A stretch of DNA of 32,000 nucleotides from Methanococcus maripaludis (GTDB lineage: Archaea; AGJL01; Methanococci; Methanococcales; Methanococcaceae): positions 420,001 through 452,000 of the forward strand of contig NZ_CP026606.1 of NCBI RefSeq assembly GCF_002945325.1. The letters are read 5' to 3'. Below, piece after piece: positions 27,411 to 32,000 of this stretch. Numbering within the stretch: the stretch's first letter is position 1; each line of letters opens with the position of its first letter. The notes below the pieces were generated by a model. It did no database searches, was not told the origin of the DNA, and worked only from the letters and a program-made list of their open reading frames with translations. The position numbers were made by a program, and so were the translations under genes.

Positions 27411-27530
27411 TGCCTGAAGGGGTGAAAATAATGGGATTGGGGAGTTAATCCTACACGGTATCAGGCATTAAGAACAGTTCAATTTCTGAGGGGGTTGTTG
27501 AATTGTTCCAGATCTCTTTTTAATCTTTTT
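27411..27530 (+). ncRNA. Candidate small structured RNA (two hairpins followed by T-runs) in a 590-nt gene-free gap
   Basis: Outer stem TGCCTGA/TCAGGCA (27411-27417/27461-27467) encloses GGGATT/AATCCT (27433-27438/27447-27452). A second 11-bp stem lies at 27472-27482/27498-27508 (one G-U pair). CTTTTT occurs twice at 27516-27530. The patch is locally G+C-rich. Confidence 0.2.
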
Positions 27531-27603
27531 AAATAAATTTTATAAACGACACAACAGGGCTATTTTTAAAATTTTAAACAAACACATCACCAACATTTTC
27601 GTA

Positions 27604-27648
27604 ATTTTGTTAGATCAACGGTTTTAGATTAATTATTTGGAAAAGAAG
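27604..27648 (+). repeat. Direct repeat copy B (45 nt), same orientation as copy A
   Basis: 40/45 identity with 23372-23416, with the exact core at 27624-27648. It ends 43 nt upstream of the 27692 start codon. Confidence 0.85.
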
Positions 27649-27691
27649 TAAGAAAGATGAATCTTGTGAATTCATAATATCATTAGGACTC

Positions 27692-28192
27692 ATGACTAGA
27701 AAAGGGAATTTCTTGGCATTGAAAATCAAAAAAGTAAAATCCGTTCCAGAATTCTGGATAATTTCTGCACATGAATCTGAACTTCAATTTGAGATCCCTG
27801 AAAACGAATGGGACGATGAATATTCTGAATTCTATATTGATATTGAACCATGGTTAGAAAATGACTTTGATCCAGATAAACTAACGATTGGAAAACATAG
27901 GGCCGTCCAATTTTTAAAAATGGAAAATGAAAATGACGGATTTCGTAAATTGGAAAATTACTTGGATGAATATGGAGATATGATCCTAAATTTAGATATT
28001 CCTGCATTTAACGGAATTTTAGCTTTGAAAATAACAAAAAACGATTCTGAAGACCTCTACAAAATAACAATTCCTGATCGGGATGAATTCATTGAAAATA
28101 TGAATATTGAATGGGACGATGGAAAAGTTTATGGGTTAAATCAAAATCTAAAAAGATTATTTAAAAACGTATTCTCTTCATCCAAAGAATAG
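27692..28192 (+). CDS. Acidic hypothetical protein (166 aa)
   Basis: Clean ORF and the first gene of a tightly packed same-strand series. About 35 Asp+Glu by my count. No known motif. Confidence 0.65.
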   Translation: MTRKGNFLALKIKKVKSVPEFWIISAHESELQFEIPENEWDDEYSEFYIDIEPWLENDFDPDKLTIGKHRAVQFLKMENENDGFRKLENYLDEYGDMILNLDIPAFNGILALKITKNDSEDLYKITIPDRDEFIENMNIEWDDGKVYGLNQNLKRLFKNVFSSSKE

Positions 28193-28218
28193 TTTTCGAA
28201 ATCCCCTTAGGTGGGATC

Positions 28219-28464
28219 ATGACACAACAACAATTCTATTTAGTAAAAGATGTTGATTCAAGAGCTTTAAGGTATTACCTTCACAAACTCGAAAATTTAA
28301 CATCTATAAATCCTGAAAGATTAAAAAATCTTGTTGAATCAAAAAAGAATTACAAAAGAACCATTAAACTATCAAAACAAGAGCAAAATATCACTGATAA
28401 ATTTGGAAAAGCCACAAACATTCTTGTAAATTATTTAATTATCGAGGCAGAGCAGAATGAATGA
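28219..28464 (+). CDS. Small hypothetical protein (81 aa), possibly ribbon-helix-helix-like at the C-terminus
   Basis: Strong SD AGGTGGGATC lies directly upstream. The C-terminal KRTIKLSKQEQNITDKFGKATNILVNYLIIEAE has a strand-helix-helix look (weak inference). The stop codon is the first TGA of the repeat tract. Confidence 0.6.
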   Translation: MTQQQFYLVKDVDSRALRYYLHKLENLTSINPERLKNLVESKKNYKRTIKLSKQEQNITDKFGKATNILVNYLIIEAEQNE

Positions 28465-28652
28465 ATGAATGAATGAATGAATGAATGAATGAATGAATGA
28501 ATGAATGAATGAATGAATGAATGAATGAATGAATGAATGAATGAATGAATGAATGAATGAATGAATGAATGAATGAATGAATGAATGAATGAATGAATGA
28601 ATGAATGAATGAATGAATGAATGAATGAATGAATGAATGAATGAATGAATGA
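28455..28652. repeat. Perfect tetranucleotide microsatellite (GAAT)n = (ATGA)49, 198 nt
   Basis: Read directly: uninterrupted 4-nt periodicity from 28455 to 28652 with no variant unit. Confidence 0.99.
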
Positions 28653-29469
28653 TTTTAAAAATAAACTGCTCCTAAAACCTAAAAAAGAAACTCAAAAAGA
28701 ACCTCCTGAAGTTAAAAAGTGGCTTAACAAATTCAGGGAAGAACGGGAGTTTGATGGAATTAAATCTTCAACGATTGGAAATGACATTACTAGATTGAAA
28801 GTATTTTACCAACTCATGAGGCTTGACAATTTTAAAGATTTTAAGGATGAAAGCCAAGAGCGTAAAAGATTTTCAGGTTTTGAAATAAAGCACTATGACG
28901 CAATATCTTCAGACCTTTTAAACGACATTATGAACGTAATTATTGAAAGTAAAAGCAGAACAAAAATTAGGGATGCAACAATTATCCGGTTTTTGTGGGA
29001 TTCAGAATGCAGAATTTCTGAGGCATTGAACTTAACTTATGGGGACTCAGACCTTGAAGAAGGAACCTTTGTTTTAAGAAATACAAAAGGTAAAGCAGAA
29101 AGAACCGTTGTATGCTCAACAGACACGTTAGAAGTTCTAAACTATTATGTCCAATACAATATCAAAAAAGGATCTAAAGATAGAGTCTTTCAAAATTCTA
29201 ATGGCGAACCTATCGGAAGGGGATGGATAGGGGAAATATTTAGAAAAGCTGTCGATAAATTAAAAAAAGATGGCAAAATTCCTGCAAATAGAAAAATCGT
29301 TGTGCATTCTTTAAGACATGGACGAGCTGTTGATTTACTTGAAAAAGGTCAGCCAATAGATATTGTAAAAGAATATTTAGGGCATAAATCACTTGATACA
29401 ACCCTATTCTATTCTCATTCAAAGGAAAGGAAGGAAAAAATGATTAAAAACATTCAAAAAATACTATGA
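28645..29469 (+). CDS. Tyrosine recombinase / integrase (phage integrase family)
   Basis: N-terminal SAM-like core-binding region. The catalytic residues are present: R in ECRISEAL, H-x-x-R in LRHGRAV, LGH, and Y in TTLFYSH. The ATG lies inside the microsatellite and there is no SD upstream. Confidence 0.9.
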   Translation: MNDFKNKLLLKPKKETQKEPPEVKKWLNKFREEREFDGIKSSTIGNDITRLKVFYQLMRLDNFKDFKDESQERKRFSGFEIKHYDAISSDLLNDIMNVIIESKSRTKIRDATIIRFLWDSECRISEALNLTYGDSDLEEGTFVLRNTKGKAERTVVCSTDTLEVLNYYVQYNIKKGSKDRVFQNSNGEPIGRGWIGEIFRKAVDKLKKDGKIPANRKIVVHSLRHGRAVDLLEKGQPIDIVKEYLGHKSLDTTLFYSHSKERKEKMIKNIQKIL

Positions 29470-29478
29470 GGGGAAAAT

Positions 29479-30147
29479 ATGAAAGAAATGAAGTTTATAG
29501 ACTCAAATACCCATCCTTTTTTACAGGAAGGTACAAAATACTACGAAGTGAATTATGAATACATTATATTTTCGGGTATCAAACTTTCAGACATGGACAT
29601 TCTTTTAGATGGTAAAAAATTAGAAGAACAAGGTTTTATCCTTAAAGATATGAACAAATACGATTTACCAGTTATGTATGTCGATAATATCGAGGAAATT
29701 ATGGCCAAATTTGACGAAAAATACCACTATGCATTTTACGGAAAAGAGTTATCCCATATACTTACATTGGAAAATTTAAAAGATATGGCCGTTGAAATTA
29801 GTATGGATCCGCCATTTTGTGATAAAATGGTTCCAATAAAAGTTTCAGAACTGATAGAAAAAAACCAAAAACTTGAAGATATCTTGGAAATTGGAATAAG
29901 TGGAAAAGATTTAAACACTTTAAATCTTACAGTATGGGATCTTGATCATGCACTTGTAGACGGCATTGGATTTAAAGATCTGGATCATTTTGGAGTAAAA
30001 ATGGCCGATGTATGGTTGAGATTAAATGTTAACCTATTTAACGATATAAATAGGAAAGTCGAGGGTTTAAAAAGCGTTTATGTCCCAGATGAAGATTTAA
30101 ATATGGACCTTTTAGAAAGGATTAATACTTCTCAAGATTCAAATTAA
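29479..30147 (+). CDS. Hypothetical protein (222 aa)
   Basis: Clean ORF with GAGGGG as SD, starting 9 nt after the integrase stop. No motif recognised. Confidence 0.65.
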   Translation: MKEMKFIDSNTHPFLQEGTKYYEVNYEYIIFSGIKLSDMDILLDGKKLEEQGFILKDMNKYDLPVMYVDNIEEIMAKFDEKYHYAFYGKELSHILTLENLKDMAVEISMDPPFCDKMVPIKVSELIEKNQKLEDILEIGISGKDLNTLNLTVWDLDHALVDGIGFKDLDHFGVKMADVWLRLNVNLFNDINRKVEGLKSVYVPDEDLNMDLLERINTSQDSN

Positions 30148-30158
30148 TATCATAATTA

Positions 30159-31604
30159 TTAATTTAATCTATTTTCCAATATTTTCAACATATATTTACA
30201 GGCTTCAGCTTCATTTTCTTCAAATCTATGAATATGTAATGGATTAACTAAAGAAAACATTCTTGGATTGAAAGTTAGTTCTGATCGTATAACTTTTTCA
30301 ATATATTGTTCTTCGACACGGTTAATCATTTCAATTTCTTCGTTGTTGAAATAATATCGTGCTAAACGCCTACATAATGCTGAAGAAATACGTTTAAATC
30401 CCCCGAAGGTAACTTCTTCATGATCTTTCATTGCATGAAGTAATTCTTCAAATTCTTCATAGTGTCGGATATCCCTTGGTTCAAAACAGTTTTTAATATT
30501 TAACCGATTAATGTCCTCAGTTAAAGGTATTACTTCGTCAACGTATTCGTTTAAAGATTTTAGAGATAATTTATCAATATTTCTTAATTCGCCTAGTTTT
30601 TCCGTTAATTTTTTTATATTACTTTGGTATGAATATGGGAGATCTTTATGATCCAAAATTTTTAAAACGTTCTTCAATAAGTGTTTATCCAAAAATTCAT
30701 CTAAATCCTTAATATTTTTTCTAAATAATTGGGTATAGCGTATATCTTCAATTTTTGAAAGATCTGAAATTATATTGGCTTCGCAATAACCTCTTATGAG
30801 TTCACTGAAATTTGGAACATTTAATCTTGGATAAAATTCTAATTTTGATAAAATCATAAGATTATCGATACATCGTTTTAAATAAGGGTGATTATCAACA
30901 ATTAGTTCAATATTTGACTTTTCGTAAGATATTCCCGGATCAGCATACTGTTTTAGATAATAAATTGTAGAATAAACAGTTATGGCCACATTATATTCAA
31001 ATAAGTGGGCGATTCGTTGCATTTGTTCAGTTGAAACTTTTTTTGATAACAATTCAATATTTTTCATTATGTTTACAGATATATTGGATATTTCAGAAAT
31101 TACCCTATTTTTTTGAATTTCTGAAAACTTTGATATTGCATCATAACTCGAATTTAAAATTTGATAATTCGAAACTATCAGTAAATCCAAATTTAAATAA
31201 AGATAAGAAAGTTCCGCTATTTGTTTTAGCGTTGAAATATATAATTTTTCAAGGTCAGTTTTCATTCCAGGATGATTAATAAGATCTTCCCTTAAATATA
31301 TATAAAATATTCCGGATTTAATGTTAGACATAGTCAATATGACATTAATTACTATTTTTTCTGAAAACTTCGTATTTGTAAGCAGATATACTACATCTGT
31401 TAAAAAATCCCCAATATACTCAATAATATCAATTAATCCCCAACTACGATAATATTGAAGCAATAAAGAAGTGCATAATGTTCCAATAAATGAAAATATA
31501 CTTTTAAATGCCATAGAATATCCAGATAAGCTTAAAATAGATATTATTTTTAAAATTCCTGATTTATACTCGTTTGAAAACTTCAATTTACACTTATCAT
31601 CCAA
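30159..31604 (-). CDS. Large orphan protein (481 aa) with a hydrophobic N-terminal region
   Basis: Long uninterrupted ORF. The start is TTG 31604 or ATG 31514. The N-terminal ~110 aa contain TM-like segments and the rest is helical and I/L/K/E/N-rich. No known motif. Confidence 0.7.
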   Translation of the reverse strand: MDDKCKLKFSNEYKSGILKIISILSLSGYSMAFKSIFSFIGTLCTSLLLQYYRSWGLIDIIEYIGDFLTDVVYLLTNTKFSEKIVINVILTMSNIKSGIFYIYLREDLINHPGMKTDLEKLYISTLKQIAELSYLYLNLDLLIVSNYQILNSSYDAISKFSEIQKNRVISEISNISVNIMKNIELLSKKVSTEQMQRIAHLFEYNVAITVYSTIYYLKQYADPGISYEKSNIELIVDNHPYLKRCIDNLMILSKLEFYPRLNVPNFSELIRGYCEANIISDLSKIEDIRYTQLFRKNIKDLDEFLDKHLLKNVLKILDHKDLPYSYQSNIKKLTEKLGELRNIDKLSLKSLNEYVDEVIPLTEDINRLNIKNCFEPRDIRHYEEFEELLHAMKDHEEVTFGGFKRISSALCRRLARYYFNNEEIEMINRVEEQYIEKVIRSELTFNPRMFSLVNPLHIHRFEENEAEACKYMLKILENRLN

Positions 31605-31622
31605 TAAATACCATTCTGATGA

Positions 31623-32000
31623 TTAAATGGACTTCAGGTATTCAAGATAATTAGGGTCTTGATTTTTAATTCTCGAATATTCAAAATTTAATAGATCCTG
31701 TAGGGATTCCAAAATATCCTTACAAAGTTCTCTCCGGTTTTCTTCAGGATTTGGCCCCATAAATAATGATATTTTCTTTTTTAACATAGTTAATAATTCA
31801 TTAAAGACCCATTTTGACGTTAACTTTTCGGTTACACCCGATATATAATCAATTAAAGTAAATATTGAAAAAATTAAAAGGGAAATTAAGATATAAATTC
31901 CAAATAAACCTCCCTCAGTTTCTGTTAAAAATCCTGCATTATTATGCTAAAGACTATTGACGCGGAAAAAACTGAAAAAAGCATCCAAAATTTATTATCT
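31623..32000 (-). pseudogene. Membrane-protein reading frame interrupted by an in-frame TAG (31947-31949); continues beyond the window
   Basis: The reverse frame reads ...KFWMLFSVFSAVNSL*HNNAGFLTETEGGLFGIYILISLLIFSIFTLIDYISG...EYLKSI*. The first ATG after the TAG leaves only a 54-aa ORF (31623-31787). Confidence 0.3.

Larger units (their letters stand above)
22541..32000. mobile_element. Putative accessory / integrated region (one or more elements); the right end lies beyond the window
   Basis: Contains a tyrosine recombinase, direct repeats, a compositionally foreign gene, orphan genes and long non-coding gaps. The boundaries are hypotheses. Confidence 0.35.

Noticed and set aside
28645-29469. 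Possibility that the recombinase is the housekeeping XerA chromosome-dimer resolvase rather than an element integrase
   Set aside because: This is not fully excluded. However, the gene is embedded among orphan genes, direct repeats and foreign-composition DNA and follows a microsatellite, which fits a mobile-element integrase better. A phylogeny against XerA would settle it.
31947-31949. In-frame TAG as a possible pyrrolysine codon
   Set aside because: To my knowledge Pyl decoding is confined to Methanosarcinales and a few other lineages, not Methanococcales. No pyl genes or pylT are visible here. A pseudogene or sequencing error is more likely.

Overview
This is an AT-rich euryarchaeal window. 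Hand counts give about 23-35% G+C in typical coding lines. GGTG-type Shine-Dalgarno sites, a class III (QxSxExxxL) prepilin signal and the serB-purC-dehydrogenase neighbourhood point to Methanococcales, probably a Methanococcus maripaludis-like genome (inference). Positions 1-22.3 kb look like ordinary chromosome. They carry serB (partial), purC, a LeuB/AksF-family dehydrogenase, an endonuclease III-DUF123 fusion, a CGGC-domain protein, an MscS channel, a HEPN/nucleotidyltransferase pair, a SulP permease, a pilin-like protein, two secreted repeat proteins, and two ABC ATPases without permeases. One ATPase is followed by a truncated and frameshifted ChlD-like AAA+/vWA gene. The other is followed by a dockerin-bearing substrate-binding protein. 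Positions 22.3-32 kb look accessory. They hold a compositionally foreign GC-rich TsaA/TrmO-like gene, an AAA+ (DUF4143-type) ATPase, a Fic protein with a non-canonical active-site motif, a DUF2798-like membrane protein, and a tyrosine-recombinase operon of orphan genes. A 481-aa orphan and an interrupted membrane ORF close the window. The most unusual signals are three. First, a perfect 198-nt (GAAT)n tract supplies the stop codon of one gene and the ATG of the integrase. Second, 45-nt direct repeats 4.2 kb apart bracket a gene cassette beside that integrase. Third, a palindrome-centred motif recurs through the accessory region. I found no rRNA, tRNA or CRISPR array. All functional calls rest on motif recognition by eye, because no database search was possible.
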